This document shows, piece by piece, positions 48,529 through 59,529 of a stretch of 64,000 nt of DNA. The translations under genes were made by a program, and so were the position numbers. The stretch is taken from positions 74,512 through 138,511 of the forward strand of contig CALCQI010000012.1 of the NCBI GenBank assembly GCA_937897635.1. The letters are read 5' to 3'. This DNA comes from an uncultured Peptococcaceae bacterium. GTDB lineage: Bacteria; Bacillota; Dehalobacteriia; UBA4068; UBA4997. How positions within the stretch are numbered: the first letter of the stretch is position 1; each line of letters begins with the position of its first letter. Under the pieces are notes generated by a model. The model saw only the letters and a program-made list of their open reading frames with translations, was not told where the DNA came from and searched no databases.

Positions 48529-51285
48529 CTATTTAGTAGGCATTGCCGCCAAAACTCTTTCGGGGTAAGCGGGCAGCTCACGCACGCGCGCGCCGCAGGC
48601 ATCGTAAATAGCGTTTATTATGGAAACATGCGGCCCGGCAGCCACAACCTCGCCAACCCCGGAGCAACCGTAAGAACTGTTGGGACGAGGAGTTTGGGTA
48701 TAAAGAAGTTCTAATTCATCAGGAACCGTATCTATAGTGGGAAAACCACTCTTCAACAGGGTAGTATGCTTTTTCAAGTCCTCAAAATCCTCGTAAAGAG
48801 CCATACCTATACCCTGGGCCATCCCGCCGTAAACCTGGCCGTCTACCACAGTTTGGTTACCTATATTACCAATATCATAAGCACCTGTCATTTTAACTAC
48901 CTGAGTTTTACCGGTTTTGATATTTACATCCACTTCGCTCAAATATACACCGTACATATAAGCAGGGTAAGGATTGAACTGGAAGTTTTCGGGGTTAGCA
49001 GGTGTGCAAACATTACCTGTGGAATAGGTACCTTCATAATAGGTATCTATATTTTCAGCTTTCATTTCTTCATAGGTACGGAAAGTACCGTCTTCCTTGC
49101 GCATAGCTTTTTTCAAAGCGTCGCAGGCTTCGTAAATGGCATTGCCCACCATTACCTGGGAACGGCTGCCCGCCGCATTACCGCTGTTTATGCATTTGGC
49201 GGTATCGTTGGAAACCAGAATGATATCATCGGGAGTTATACCAAGTTCCTTTAATGCCTCATGGCTGGTGGCAAGAGCGCCCATATCCGAACCTTGACCG
49301 TGGTCCTCCCAGGTATTATAAACTTTTACTTTACCTTCGGAAGTTAACTCCACAGCAGCGGAAGAACTATCCAGGCTGTCATCACCACAGCAGTAAATGC
49401 TTAAGGATAAGCCCACACCACGACGCAGATCGCCGCTTACATCAAATTCTTTTTGTTTTTTTCTGGCTAATTCATAAGAAGGACGTAATTTATCGAATAA
49501 GCCTTTCAGCACCAATACATCAGGCTTGTTACCATTGGGTGTAGTGGAATTTTCATCGTATAAATTTATATAACGGAATTGGAAAGGATCCATACCCAAC
49601 TTAGCAGCCAGTTCATCTATAGCACTTTCACCTGCGAAATGCCCCTGAGGAGCACCAAAAGCTCTCATAGCAGCGCCGTAAGCATGGTTGGTGAAGGTTA
49701 TTGCGCCATGCCCTTTGTAATTGGGAATATCATAACCACTGGCGCAAAACTGAATGGGTTTGGTCAAAAGCAAGTCACCAAATTCGGAATAAGGACCGTG
49801 GTCACCCAGCATTTCATGTTTCAAGGCAAGTATTTTACCTTCTTTATTGGCAGCAATTTTAACATTCATAAAGAAAGGAGAACGTTTACCGGTATAAGTA
49901 AGCTGCTGGTGCATATCGAATTCCAAATAAACGGGTTTACCTGTTGCTATAACAGCTACGGCTAAAATGGCCTCCAAGGTGGGGCTTAATTTATAACCGA
50001 AAGTAGCACCCGCATTGTTTTGGATAATACGAATCTGATCTTCTTCAAGGCCAATACCACCTGCGATCATTGCGCGGTGCATATAAACACCAACACTCTT
50101 GGAATGGATAGTTACACGGCCTTCTTCATCATAATAAGCATAGCCTACATCAGGCTCCAATACCAAGTGGGGCTGACGCTGTGTATAATATTCGCCTTCC
50201 ACAACCACATCCGCTTTTGCAAAAATGGGGTCGGGATCTTCGCCTTTAATAATATTTTGTTCAAAGTAAATATTAGGGGTACCGGGGTGAATCTCAATAG
50301 CATCGGGAGCGGTAGCTTCACGCGCGCTCATATAAGCAGGCAATTCTTCTACTTCCACAACCACTTTATCCGCGGCAGCACGAGCATGCTCTTCGGTATC
50401 CGCACAAACTATGGCAATGGCATCGCCATACTGGAATATTTTCTCATCGCACAAAATTGGACGGTCAAGACCATCACCTTTATGCCAAGTAGGATAAAAA
50501 ACAAGGCCGTCGATGCGGTTGGTACCTTTAATATCCTTGTAAGTGAGTACCGCTTCAACACCGGGCATTTTTTCCGCTTCGGAAGTATCTATAGATATGA
50601 TATTGGCATGGGAAACTTTAGCCTGTACCAAAGCCAATTTTAGGAAGCCTTCAGGCATTTTGATCCCTGTATCGGCACCATAATCGAAAGTACCTGTAAC
50701 TTTGGCAATAGCAGAAGGACGGGGATAATCAGTACCGAAGATCCTGCCGTCTTTGGGCATTTTGAAACCAAGTTCTTCCACGCTCATTTCACCGCGCATT
50801 ACTTTAGCAGCTGCCATAACAGCATCTACCAAAGGTTTGTAACCTGTGCAACGGCAAAGGTTACGGTTTTTCTTGAACCAATCACGTACTTCTCCGCGTG
50901 TGGGGTTTATGTTTTCATCCAACAAGGCTTTAGCGGATACAATAAAGCCCGGGGTGCAAAAACCACATTGTGCAGCACCGTATTTTACCCAAGCCGCTTG
51001 CAAGGGGTGCAAATTATCGGGCGTACCTATGCCTTCAATAGTAGTGATTACAGAGCCTTCCTCAACCTTGTTCATTTTGGTTACGCAACCACGTACAACC
51101 TTGCCGTTCAAAATGATGCAGCAAATACCGCATTGATTAAGACGGCAACCAACTTTTGTACCCGTAAGCCCCAATTGCTTGCGGATAACATCCACCAGGG
51201 TTTCTTCTCCGGTAACCATTACCCTTCTTACGCTACCGTTTACTAACAGATCCTTTTTGTAAAGCTTCTTTACGACGTCAATCAT
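48529..51285 (-). CDS. Molybdopterin-dependent aldehyde oxidoreductase (Mop / xanthine oxidase family)
   Basis: [2Fe-2S] 'GC...QCG.C', 'QCGFC...CRC'; Moco domain 'RAFGAPQ', 'AGSRS', 'GVGE'. Confidence 0.93.
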   Translation of the reverse strand: MIDVVKKLYKKDLLVNGSVRRVMVTGEETLVDVIRKQLGLTGTKVGCRLNQCGICCIILNGKVVRGCVTKMNKVEEGSVITTIEGIGTPDNLHPLQAAWVKYGAAQCGFCTPGFIVSAKALLDENINPTRGEVRDWFKKNRNLCRCTGYKPLVDAVMAAAKVMRGEMSVEELGFKMPKDGRIFGTDYPRPSAIAKVTGTFDYGADTGIKMPEGFLKLALVQAKVSHANIISIDTSEAEKMPGVEAVLTYKDIKGTNRIDGLVFYPTWHKGDGLDRPILCDEKIFQYGDAIAIVCADTEEHARAAADKVVVEVEELPAYMSAREATAPDAIEIHPGTPNIYFEQNIIKGEDPDPIFAKADVVVEGEYYTQRQPHLVLEPDVGYAYYDEEGRVTIHSKSVGVYMHRAMIAGGIGLEEDQIRIIQNNAGATFGYKLSPTLEAILAVAVIATGKPVYLEFDMHQQLTYTGKRSPFFMNVKIAANKEGKILALKHEMLGDHGPYSEFGDLLLTKPIQFCASGYDIPNYKGHGAITFTNHAYGAAMRAFGAPQGHFAGESAIDELAAKLGMDPFQFRYINLYDENSTTPNGNKPDVLVLKGLFDKLRPSYELARKKQKEFDVSGDLRRGVGLSLSIYCCGDDSLDSSSAAVELTSEGKVKVYNTWEDHGQGSDMGALATSHEALKELGITPDDIILVSNDTAKCINSGNAAGSRSQVMVGNAIYEACDALKKAMRKEDGTFRTYEEMKAENIDTYYEGTYSTGNVCTPANPENFQFNPYPAYMYGVYLSEVDVNIKTGKTQVVKMTGAYDIGNIGNQTVVDGQVYGGMAQGIGMALYEDFEDLKKHTTLLKSGFPTIDTVPDELELLYTQTPRPNSSYGCSGVGEVVAAGPHVSIINAIYDACGARVRELPAYPERVLAAMPTK

Positions 51286-51427
51286 AACCCAACCTCCTTT
51301 TTGATACAGAAAAATAAGTTTAACAAAAGCTCATAACTCCGACAATAAAGAGGGCAGGAAAAAAGAAAACCTGTAAACTTTGGTAAGCTACAGGAGAAAA
51401 AGCACAGCAGTGCCACAATGCTGTACT

Positions 51428-51540
51428 GTTTAGCTCCTTTCCAAATATGGGAGGTCTACCGGTTTCCCTGTAGGCCCTGTTCCAACCACCATAGTTATTG
51501 TTTTTCAACATAACCTTAGGTGAAAGGACTCGGAGTTGTA
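51428..51540 (-). promoter_or_regulatory. Moco RNA motif (putative molybdenum-cofactor riboswitch)
   Basis: ACTCCGAG...CCTAAGG...TATGG...GGCCTAC.GGGAAACC.GTAGACCTCCCATATTTGGAAAGGAG in the 5' UTR of a Moco enzyme. Confidence 0.88.
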
Positions 51541-51919
51541 TGAAAATTTCGACACTACAATAATAACATTATAATGTATTCATGTCAAATGCTCTACACA
51601 CACTATATGTAAAAAACAGTGCTTAAGATATATTTTATTTATCCTTTTTATCCAAAACAAGTGGTTTAATTTGTTCGAAAAAGGTGTTGTTTTGGGATTT
51701 ATCCTTATCCATAAGGGATGTTTATAGCGAAGTTTCTATTTGTTGTTTTGTTTATACAAGTACTAATCCGTATAAGGTTTTCATACTTAAAATAATAACA
51801 GAAACGCCATTAAAGTTAAAGAGAAAGGCATACAAAACCCGAAAAAGTATTTTTTTATGTATAAAAAATGTTTCAAAGAAATTAATCTTGATCCTAGTAA
51901 AAAATAGTTTTAAAACCGA

Positions 51920-51963
51920 AAAAATCCCGCAGGTGGTCTTTTAACTTTGCCTGCGGGATTTTT
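51920..51963. terminator. Bidirectional intrinsic terminator
   Basis: aaaaatcccgcagg ... cctgcgggattttt. Confidence 0.75.
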
Positions 51964-52087
51964 AACTACTTATTCTGTTATAACTGTAAAAATCTTCATC
52001 AAATAATATTTATGGTGATAAAATTAACCGCCCTTGTTTAAACAGTTTTACATATTATATGCTACAGCCCTAATACTTAAACTCCGT

Positions 52088-52984
52088 TTAGTTAAGCCAA
52101 CCCTCAACAAGATCTCGATTATCCTCTATCCACTTTTTAGCGGCATCTTTAGGTTCCATACCTTCATTAATCAAGGCTTCCAAGCTACCGATCTGAGCAT
52201 CGGTCATTTTAAATTTTTTCAGCACATCAACAACTCCAGCCTGTTTGCTGCTAAAATCTTTATTGGCAAGAATGTGTAGCTCTTCCGCTTCGCCAAAATC
52301 TCCATTAGGATCTTCTAAATACTTAAGGTCATATTTAGCAAACATCCAGTGTGGGCTCCAACCTGTAATAGCGATCCATTCATTTTTACCGTAAGCTTTA
52401 TCCATAGCTGCCATCATAGCAGCCTCACTGCCTTGAACAATTTCAAAACCAAGCCCGTAACTTTCATTTGCTTTTTCGGAAGCCTTCATAATGCCGGCGC
52501 CGGGATCGATCCCAATAATTTTATTATCAAACTTAGCTGCTTCATCTTTAAGCTGGTTTATAGAATCTATTGTAACATAATTTGGTACTACAACCCCAAT
52601 TTTAGCTTCTCCTTCATACCAAACACCATAATCTTCCAGGTTATCCTTGTATTCATTCCAGTATGTTTCATGTGTAATGGGCAACCATGCATCCATAAAG
52701 AAATCAACATCCCCTTTATTTAACCCCACAAAAAGGGGTGCCGCATCCAACTGGATCAACTCTACCTGATAGCCTTTATCTTCCAAAATCACTTGCCAAA
52801 GGTTGCTAACCGCTACACACTCAGCCCAGTTTACATAGCCTATTTTGATTTCACCTTTATCGGCATCCGCATTATTATTCGGCTGCTGATTGGTATTTGA
52901 GCAACTTGCCATAAAACTTAAAACGATTACTGACATTAATACAAAACCCAGTAATTTACGCCACCCTTTGTTGAGTTTGTTCAT
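52088..52984 (-). CDS. opuAC: Glycine betaine ABC transporter substrate-binding lipoprotein
   Basis: Lipobox 'MASC', 'WLPITH', 'GIDPGAG', 'WSPHWMF'. Confidence 0.9.
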   Translation of the reverse strand: MNKLNKGWRKLLGFVLMSVIVLSFMASCSNTNQQPNNNADADKGEIKIGYVNWAECVAVSNLWQVILEDKGYQVELIQLDAAPLFVGLNKGDVDFFMDAWLPITHETYWNEYKDNLEDYGVWYEGEAKIGVVVPNYVTIDSINQLKDEAAKFDNKIIGIDPGAGIMKASEKANESYGLGFEIVQGSEAAMMAAMDKAYGKNEWIAITGWSPHWMFAKYDLKYLEDPNGDFGEAEELHILANKDFSSKQAGVVDVLKKFKMTDAQIGSLEALINEGMEPKDAAKKWIEDNRDLVEGWLN

Positions 52985-52998
52985 GTTTTTATTCCTCC

Positions 52999-53841
52999 TT
53001 ATTTATTATTTTCATTACTTCTTAATGAACCGCCAAGTGCTTGAAAAAGCCTATCCAAAATTATAGCCATAATTACAACAGCAACTCCATATTCAAAGCC
53101 CATGCCAATTTTTAATTGACTAATCGCTTCCAATACCCCGCCGCCAAGCCCACCTGCTCCGATCATAGCCGCAATAACAACCATGGATAAAGATAACATC
53201 ATGGTTTGGTTGATACCGGCCATAATTGTAGGCAAGGCAAGCGGCATTTGGATTTTCCATAAAAGCTGCCACGGTGTGGAACCAAAAGCCTCTCCCACTT
53301 CCACCAAATCATGCGGAACTTGACGAATACCAAGAGCCGTAAAGCGAATTGCGGGCGGCATAGCAAAAATTACGGTAGCAAATACTGCCGGCACTTTCCC
53401 AATACCAAAAAAAAGCAAAGCAGGAATTAAATAAACAAATGAAGGCATTGTTTGCATAAAGTCTAAAATTGGCGACAACACCTTAAAAAACCTATTATTT
53501 CTACCGGCAAGGATCCCCAAAGGTAAACCAATAATAATGGAAACAATGGCCGAGATGATTACCAAAACAAGTGTATCCAGAAAAGATGCCCACAAGTTCA
53601 AATTATATATAAAAAACAGCCCTAAAACTGTTCCAAAAGCAAGTTTCCAGCCCTTAGCCTTCCAGGCTAAAGCTGCAAATACCAATACAATTACCCACCA
53701 AGGTATAATAGTTAAAAAGTAACCTATAGCTTTAATAAAATCATTAAAAGCATCCGAAAAACTATCCAAATTATCACCGAAGTTGATTTGCAGCCATTTT
53801 ACTGCTTGATCAACAAGATATGCTAAAGGGAATTTATTCAT
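52999..53841 (-). CDS. opuAB: Glycine betaine ABC transporter permease
   Basis: 'PILDFMQTMPSFVYLIP', 'MAGINQTMMLSLSMVV'. Confidence 0.92.
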   Translation of the reverse strand: MNKFPLAYLVDQAVKWLQINFGDNLDSFSDAFNDFIKAIGYFLTIIPWWVIVLVFAALAWKAKGWKLAFGTVLGLFFIYNLNLWASFLDTLVLVIISAIVSIIIGLPLGILAGRNNRFFKVLSPILDFMQTMPSFVYLIPALLFFGIGKVPAVFATVIFAMPPAIRFTALGIRQVPHDLVEVGEAFGSTPWQLLWKIQMPLALPTIMAGINQTMMLSLSMVVIAAMIGAGGLGGGVLEAISQLKIGMGFEYGVAVVIMAIILDRLFQALGGSLRSNENNK

Positions 53842-55045
53842 TGCTTTCACCACCTTTTTCGGTAGCAAGTGCGGCAAGAACCGAACCGCGAACTATAATC
53901 CCAATAAGTTTATTTTCCTCATTAACTACTGCCATAGGCAGTTTACTCTCGGCAATCACCGCTAAGGTATCCTGAACAGGCACATCTTCTCTAACTACAT
54001 CTGTTTGTGCCAGCTCGATTTCATTCAAGCTGAGCACCCTGGATTTTTTCGCTTCAACAGCCATATCTACAGTAATAATACCTTGATATCTCTTTTCCTT
54101 ATCTACCACAAAAACGCTGGATATGCCATGTTCTTTCATAATCCTTAAAGCAACCGCAGGGCCAGCACGCTTAGTGATGAGCGGCTGGGGTTTTTTCATC
54201 ACATCACCGGCAGTCAAAATTTTACTGCGATCCACACCCCTTACAAATTTGCCAACATAATCATCTGCAGGATCCGTAATGATCTCTTCGGGGGTTCCTA
54301 CCTGAATCAAGGCTCCGTCACGCAAAAAAGCAATCCTATCCCCCAACTTAAGAGCCTCATTTAAATCATGTGTAATAAAAATAATGGTTTTATTCATCTT
54401 TTGCTGAATACTTAAAAGCTCATCTTGCATCTCTTCCCTAATCAAAGGGTCAAGTGCACTAAAAGCCTCATCCATTAAAAGAATATCCGCATCATTGGTT
54501 AAGGCTCTGGCTAAACCAACCCGCTGTTTCATGCCGCCGCTTAATTGATCGGGATATTTATCTTCCCAGCCTTTAAGCCCAACCAGCGCCAAAGCTTTTA
54601 TGGCTTTTTCTTCCCTATCCTTTTTAGAAACTCCCTGAAGCTCCAAACCGAATAGCGTATTTTGCAGAACCGTACGGTGCGGCAATAAGGCAAATTGCTG
54701 AAAAACCATAGCTGTTTTTTTCTGACGAATTTTTCGCAGCGCTTTGTCTTTTAAATTGGTAATATCAATGCCATCAATAAAAATAGAACCTGCGCTTGGT
54801 TCAATAAGCCTGTTCAAACAACGTAAAATAGTAGACTTTCCGCTTCCCGAAAGCCCCATTATCACAAAAATTTCACCTTGTTTTACAGTAAAACTAACAT
54901 TATTTATCCCCACTGTTTGGCCTGTTTTTTTTAGTATTTCATCCTTACTTTTGCCATTTACCAGTAAGCTTAATGCCTTTTGGGGATTGCTATCAAATAT
55001 TTTTACTAAATTTTTTACTGAAATTTTTTCATTCGTATCTGTCAT
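53834..55045 (-). CDS. opuAA: Glycine betaine ABC transporter ATPase with CBS domains
   Basis: GLSGSGKS, LSGGM, 'DEAFSALDP', C-terminal CBS pair. Confidence 0.92.
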   Translation of the reverse strand: MTDTNEKISVKNLVKIFDSNPQKALSLLVNGKSKDEILKKTGQTVGINNVSFTVKQGEIFVIMGLSGSGKSTILRCLNRLIEPSAGSIFIDGIDITNLKDKALRKIRQKKTAMVFQQFALLPHRTVLQNTLFGLELQGVSKKDREEKAIKALALVGLKGWEDKYPDQLSGGMKQRVGLARALTNDADILLMDEAFSALDPLIREEMQDELLSIQQKMNKTIIFITHDLNEALKLGDRIAFLRDGALIQVGTPEEIITDPADDYVGKFVRGVDRSKILTAGDVMKKPQPLITKRAGPAVALRIMKEHGISSVFVVDKEKRYQGIITVDMAVEAKKSRVLSLNEIELAQTDVVREDVPVQDTLAVIAESKLPMAVVNEENKLIGIIVRGSVLAALATEKGGESNE

Positions 55046-55611
55046 TTTTCCCTCCTCTATAATCTTTTTAAAAATCTTTGGCTTTTCCCTCCTAAAACTA
55101 CAAACATCTTTATTTATAATTTGATTTGCTTATTACAAATTAAGCCTTAAAAGTACCACAGCTTAATATAATAAGCAATAAAGCAAAATTTTTGATTTTC
55201 ATATGGGTGCTTCCTATTAAAATAAAAAAGTCCTTTATTTAAAAAATTAAAGGCACTTTATGTTTCACAAAATTTAAAACTCTTTAATATACTTACTTAG
55301 CAGTATGTTAATAAGAGAAACAATTGCTTATAAAACAAAATACTGTTTTATTTTTTATTAAAGGTATAAAAACATATTTTGCTTATGCATATACCTTATG
55401 TTTTATAAAAAACTTAACGTTTTTATATACAATAAGCAATCTGTTTTTTATTGCTTATTCAATTAGTTCTTATTATTATTTATTTAATTATACCATTTTT
55501 CCAACCGTTTGACAAGTTTACCTGCTATTTGCCAAAATTACACCCTATATAACGGCTGTTATTTTCCCGTTAGCATACAAATTTAATGTTTATGATTTAG
55601 CTTCAAATAAA

Positions 55612-55663
55612 GCAAAAACCCCGCAAGAGAGCTTAATTGCTTGCTTTCCTGCGGGGGTTTTGT
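55612..55663 (-). terminator. Intrinsic terminator after the SLH gene
   Basis: caaaaacccccgcaag ... ctgcgggggttttg. Confidence 0.6.
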
Positions 55664-55701
55664 TAGTTAGTTTTTAGGGATTGTATGATATATTTGCATA
55701 T

Positions 55702-58700
55702 TTAATTGGAACCCATTTTTACATCTGTTGTAAAGAAGGTTCTGCCAATTACGTTATTTTCAGCATCTAACCATACAAGTTTCCATTCTACTTTTTCTTC
55801 ACGAACTTTCCAAGTATAGCTACCTTCGTCTCCAGTTCTATCTGCTATTGCAGCATATAACTTGATTAGATTTTCGCCATCTAAAGTTGCGTTTAGTTTT
55901 TTATCGTCTGCATATACTTCAATGCCCTTAGCTTGTTGGCCTTCTTCAGCGTTGAAGGTGATGTCGAATCCTGTGTAGCCAATTTCAGGATTTCCATCTG
56001 TGCCTGGGACTTGAGCATTTAATGCTGATAAGGCTTCTCCAGTTATCTTGCCGTCTGCTACTGCACTAACATCTACAGTTATTGTTCCACCTGTATTTCT
56101 CTCGAAGCCAGGAACTGCTGTGTCACCAACTTCTACAGTGTGAGTGCCTATAACTGCGTTTGGATCTTCCAAGGTTACTCCACTAAGATCCAGTGTATAA
56201 ACCATTGGTTCAAAGCCTTCGCCATAGTTTACTGTGATCTCAATATTTTCATTAGCTTCTACACCCCATACAAATACTTCACTGTTTCCAGTTAAGGTGT
56301 ATGTTGTGCTGCTATCAGAACCATTTGCTTTTCCTTCTACTGTAATTGTTGCTCCAGTTTCAGGTAGGTCTTTGATTGTAAATACCATGAAGTGTTTGTC
56401 ATAAGCTGCAAAGCCCATGTCTGTTGGATCTGTTTCATGATATTTCAATGCGCCTGTTACTTTAAGGTCATTGCTTAGCTTTAGGTCATGGTTTTCACCA
56501 TTATATTTAGTGTTTGAATGAGCATCTTCACCATCAAGGGTTATTGTTGCTGTGGAATCTTCCCCTAGTTGTGCATCTGCGGCAACTTTAACTGTGATGA
56601 CTAACTGGTCTTCTGTTGTTTTCCAATTGCCATCATTGTCAATGGTGATTGTGATATTTTGACGATTAGATGCGTCTCCTACAAATTTGAAGTAGTTATC
56701 GCCGTCTAGCCAATTATCACTAGCTGCATAAATGTTGGTTGTGCTTCCTTCTGTTTTGCAGGCTGCTTCTTTCCCTAGGTTATCCAAGGTTACTTTGAAT
56801 TCATATAAATATGAACCTTCAGCATGGCCTAAGATGCTTTCTGCCTGATAAGGAATCTTACCGCCAATAGTTACTACATTGCCAACTGCATTAACAGTTG
56901 TATTGTTAGCATCTTTTACGTGTTCACTATTCTTTTCAATGCTCACAACTTTTAGTGGTGGGGTTTCATTCTCACTTAATGTCAAACCCTTAAGGTTCAA
57001 GGTATATTCCTTAGCTGTATAATTTGCACCTTCACCATCCCAATCCACTACGATAGTAATGTTTTCATCTTTTTCTACAGCCCATAATACTTGAAGAACT
57101 TTCTTATCTGTTTCAAAATGGTCTTTCGTGTAAGTGAATGAAGATTCTTTTCCAGCTTTTAGACCTGTAATCTTAACAGTAGCACCATCAGCCACATCTG
57201 CAGGTGCTGTTATAGCGAATGGCAGGAACCATTTTTCACCACTATCTTTACCAAATGCAGGGACACTCTTTTCCTTTGCATTATACAATGTTCCTGTTAC
57301 ATTTAATCCGTTCCATACGGAATGGTTATAACCATTTGCCCAAGCAAAGATTTCCTCTGTTGCTGGAATTCTAAGGCTGCCAATTGTAGCAACGGACAAT
57401 GTTTTCTCTTGTTCAGAAACTGTAACTACAAGACTTCCTTTTTCACCAGAGCCATCTTTAGCTGTGGCTGTTACAGTAACTTTTCCATTTGTCTTTGCTG
57501 TCAATAAACCAGTGTTGCTGATTGTTGCTATTTCTGGCTCATCTACAGACCATGTTACTGATTTGTTACTTGCAGTACTAGGAGTAACATTAGCTTTAAG
57601 CTGTAGTGTACCATCTTTTGCGGATATTGTAGCTTCACCTTCACCGTCAACAACCACACTAATAGCACTTACTGCCACTGTACTGCTACCGCCGCCACCA
57701 CCCGAACCCGTAGAAGTTGAGGGAGCAGTTGTAGTAGTGGTTACTGTTGTACCGGCATTTACCGTATTACCGTTAGAGGTTGTACCGGTTACACCGGCAC
57801 TTACGGTTACTTTGGTACCAACTGTATTTACTGCTACGTTATTTGCTTTTACTTCAGCCTTTTCTACAGTGATGTTGCCTGTAATTTCAGCACCTTTGGC
57901 AGTGCTTTCGGCAACTACGGATTTAACAACCGCGCCTTTATCACCGCTTACTTCAGCACCTGCTGCACTTAAGGTTAAAGTATTTACTGTGGATTTAGCA
58001 TCCAAAACAACCTTGGATTTTGTGCCTTCTATTTTGGCGTTGGTAATAGAAGCATCAACTGCCTTAACAACTACATCCGAAGCATTTACCTGAACATCAC
58101 CGAAGGAACCTGTTAAAACAACATCATCGGAGCCGTCGTCAACTACTACAATTTCTACATCCGCATTGCCTTCGGTAACTACACGCACTTGGTTGCCAAC
58201 CTTAGTTACCAATACTTTACCTATATCTGAGTTACCTTTAATAACTATTGAATTAACGCCGCCGCCTTTAACTACCAAATTGCCTTTAACGGTTACGTTA
58301 TCCAAAGTGATTTCACCTTCACCTACGCCGGGAGCCACTACCAAATCACCGCCGATAGTGATACCTTTCAGAATAACATTAGGCGCATTAACCACTAAAG
58401 TACCCTCTACATTTGCAGTATAGGTGCCTGCTTTGGTAACAAAGCCTTTAATGATATTATCTACTATTTTCACAACTTCAGCACGGCTGATGTTGTTTTT
58501 GGGCAAGAATTTACCATCCGTGCCGCCTATAAAGCCTTTTTGCTCCATAGTAAGTACCATGGCAGAAGCCCAAGAGGCAACATTTGCCTTATCCGTAAAA
58601 TTTGAGCTTGCATTTGCGGAAGCCGTAAGGCCAAAGGCCCTGCCCAGCATTACTGCCGCTTCCTCACGTGTTATGTAATCCTTGGGCCTTACCTTACCGG

Positions 58701-59031
58701 CATCACCCAAAATCACTCCCGAAGCATTAGCTTTCAGGATAGCATCTGTAAAATAGGCCTCACTTGCCAAATCCCCAAAGCTGTTTTTGGCTTTTACCTG
58801 GTAATCCATGATCCTATCCAGGATAATCGCCATTTCTCCACGGGTAATGGAATCCGAAGGGCGGAATTTACCATCCGAGCCCTGCAAAATACCTTCATCA
58901 CTCCACTTTTCAATTTGGGCATTTGCCCAGTGGTTTTCCGTATCGCTATAATCCGCAGCCATTACGGAAACGGCAAAGGTAAAAACCATTACCAATGCCA
59001 ATAGCAATACTAACATGCTTTTCTTCTTCAA
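55702..59031 (-). CDS. S-layer homology (SLH) surface protein with an Ig-like (Big_2) domain
   Basis: Signal peptide; three SLH repeats ('FRP...ITRGE', 'ITREE', 'ISRAE'); S/G linker; 'P.TASNKSVTWS...IATIS.TGLLTA'. Confidence 0.9.
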   Translation of the reverse strand: MKKKSMLVLLLALVMVFTFAVSVMAADYSDTENHWANAQIEKWSDEGILQGSDGKFRPSDSITRGEMAIILDRIMDYQVKAKNSFGDLASEAYFTDAILKANASGVILGDAGKVRPKDYITREEAAVMLGRAFGLTASANASSNFTDKANVASWASAMVLTMEQKGFIGGTDGKFLPKNNISRAEVVKIVDNIIKGFVTKAGTYTANVEGTLVVNAPNVILKGITIGGDLVVAPGVGEGEITLDNVTVKGNLVVKGGGVNSIVIKGNSDIGKVLVTKVGNQVRVVTEGNADVEIVVVDDGSDDVVLTGSFGDVQVNASDVVVKAVDASITNAKIEGTKSKVVLDAKSTVNTLTLSAAGAEVSGDKGAVVKSVVAESTAKGAEITGNITVEKAEVKANNVAVNTVGTKVTVSAGVTGTTSNGNTVNAGTTVTTTTTAPSTSTGSGGGGGSSTVAVSAISVVVDGEGEATISAKDGTLQLKANVTPSTASNKSVTWSVDEPEIATISNTGLLTAKTNGKVTVTATAKDGSGEKGSLVVTVSEQEKTLSVATIGSLRIPATEEIFAWANGYNHSVWNGLNVTGTLYNAKEKSVPAFGKDSGEKWFLPFAITAPADVADGATVKITGLKAGKESSFTYTKDHFETDKKVLQVLWAVEKDENITIVVDWDGEGANYTAKEYTLNLKGLTLSENETPPLKVVSIEKNSEHVKDANNTTVNAVGNVVTIGGKIPYQAESILGHAEGSYLYEFKVTLDNLGKEAACKTEGSTTNIYAASDNWLDGDNYFKFVGDASNRQNITITIDNDGNWKTTEDQLVITVKVAADAQLGEDSTATITLDGEDAHSNTKYNGENHDLKLSNDLKVTGALKYHETDPTDMGFAAYDKHFMVFTIKDLPETGATITVEGKANGSDSSTTYTLTGNSEVFVWGVEANENIEITVNYGEGFEPMVYTLDLSGVTLEDPNAVIGTHTVEVGDTAVPGFERNTGGTITVDVSAVADGKITGEALSALNAQVPGTDGNPEIGYTGFDITFNAEEGQQAKGIEVYADDKKLNATLDGENLIKLYAAIADRTGDEGSYTWKVREEKVEWKLVWLDAENNVIGRTFFTTDVKMGSN

Positions 59032-59529
59032 TATTTAAACCTCCTGACTTTAGTATAATATTTTTAACAAGGCAAGCCTTGTTTAAAACCAAAAAAAACC
59101 TCTATAATTGTTTATCGGCAAAATATACCAAAATATTCATAAAATTTTTATTTGTTTTAAAAAAATTTGTATGTATAATAACAATTTTATCTCTTTATAT
59201 AGCTAGTGTCAACATTTTCCAGGATCTAAAAATCGACAAAAGCCTTAAAAAAACTACTAAGGGTTATTTACCGTACACTAAAAACGAAGAAAATACAGCA
59301 ACACTAAAAACTTCTGCATAAATATTTGGTTTTTTATTTTTGTTCAATCATCCTTTTTAACATAAACTTTTCATTAAAAAATAAAGTGTTTTTTAATTGG
59401 TTTATGTTAAGGTTTAACAGACCAATTAAAAAGAGCAGAAATAATTCTGCTCTTTTTAACTAAGTTTATTTAATTTTTTAAAAATTTATCTGTTCTTTTG
59501 ATTTTGCAAATAAGACTTTTGCACCTTTA

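Noticed and set aside
51320-51511. 63-aa ORF upstream of the aldehyde oxidoreductase
   Set aside because: Overlaps the Moco RNA motif; no RBS or protein motif
55046-55600. c-di-AMP (ydaO) riboswitch upstream of opuA
   Set aside because: The region is very AT-rich and I could not find the aptamer consensus
55702-57660. Possible swapped C-terminal cassette in the SLH gene (codon style seems to change after the S/G linker)
   Set aside because: Impression only; needs codon-usage computation and strain comparison, and no flanking repeats were found
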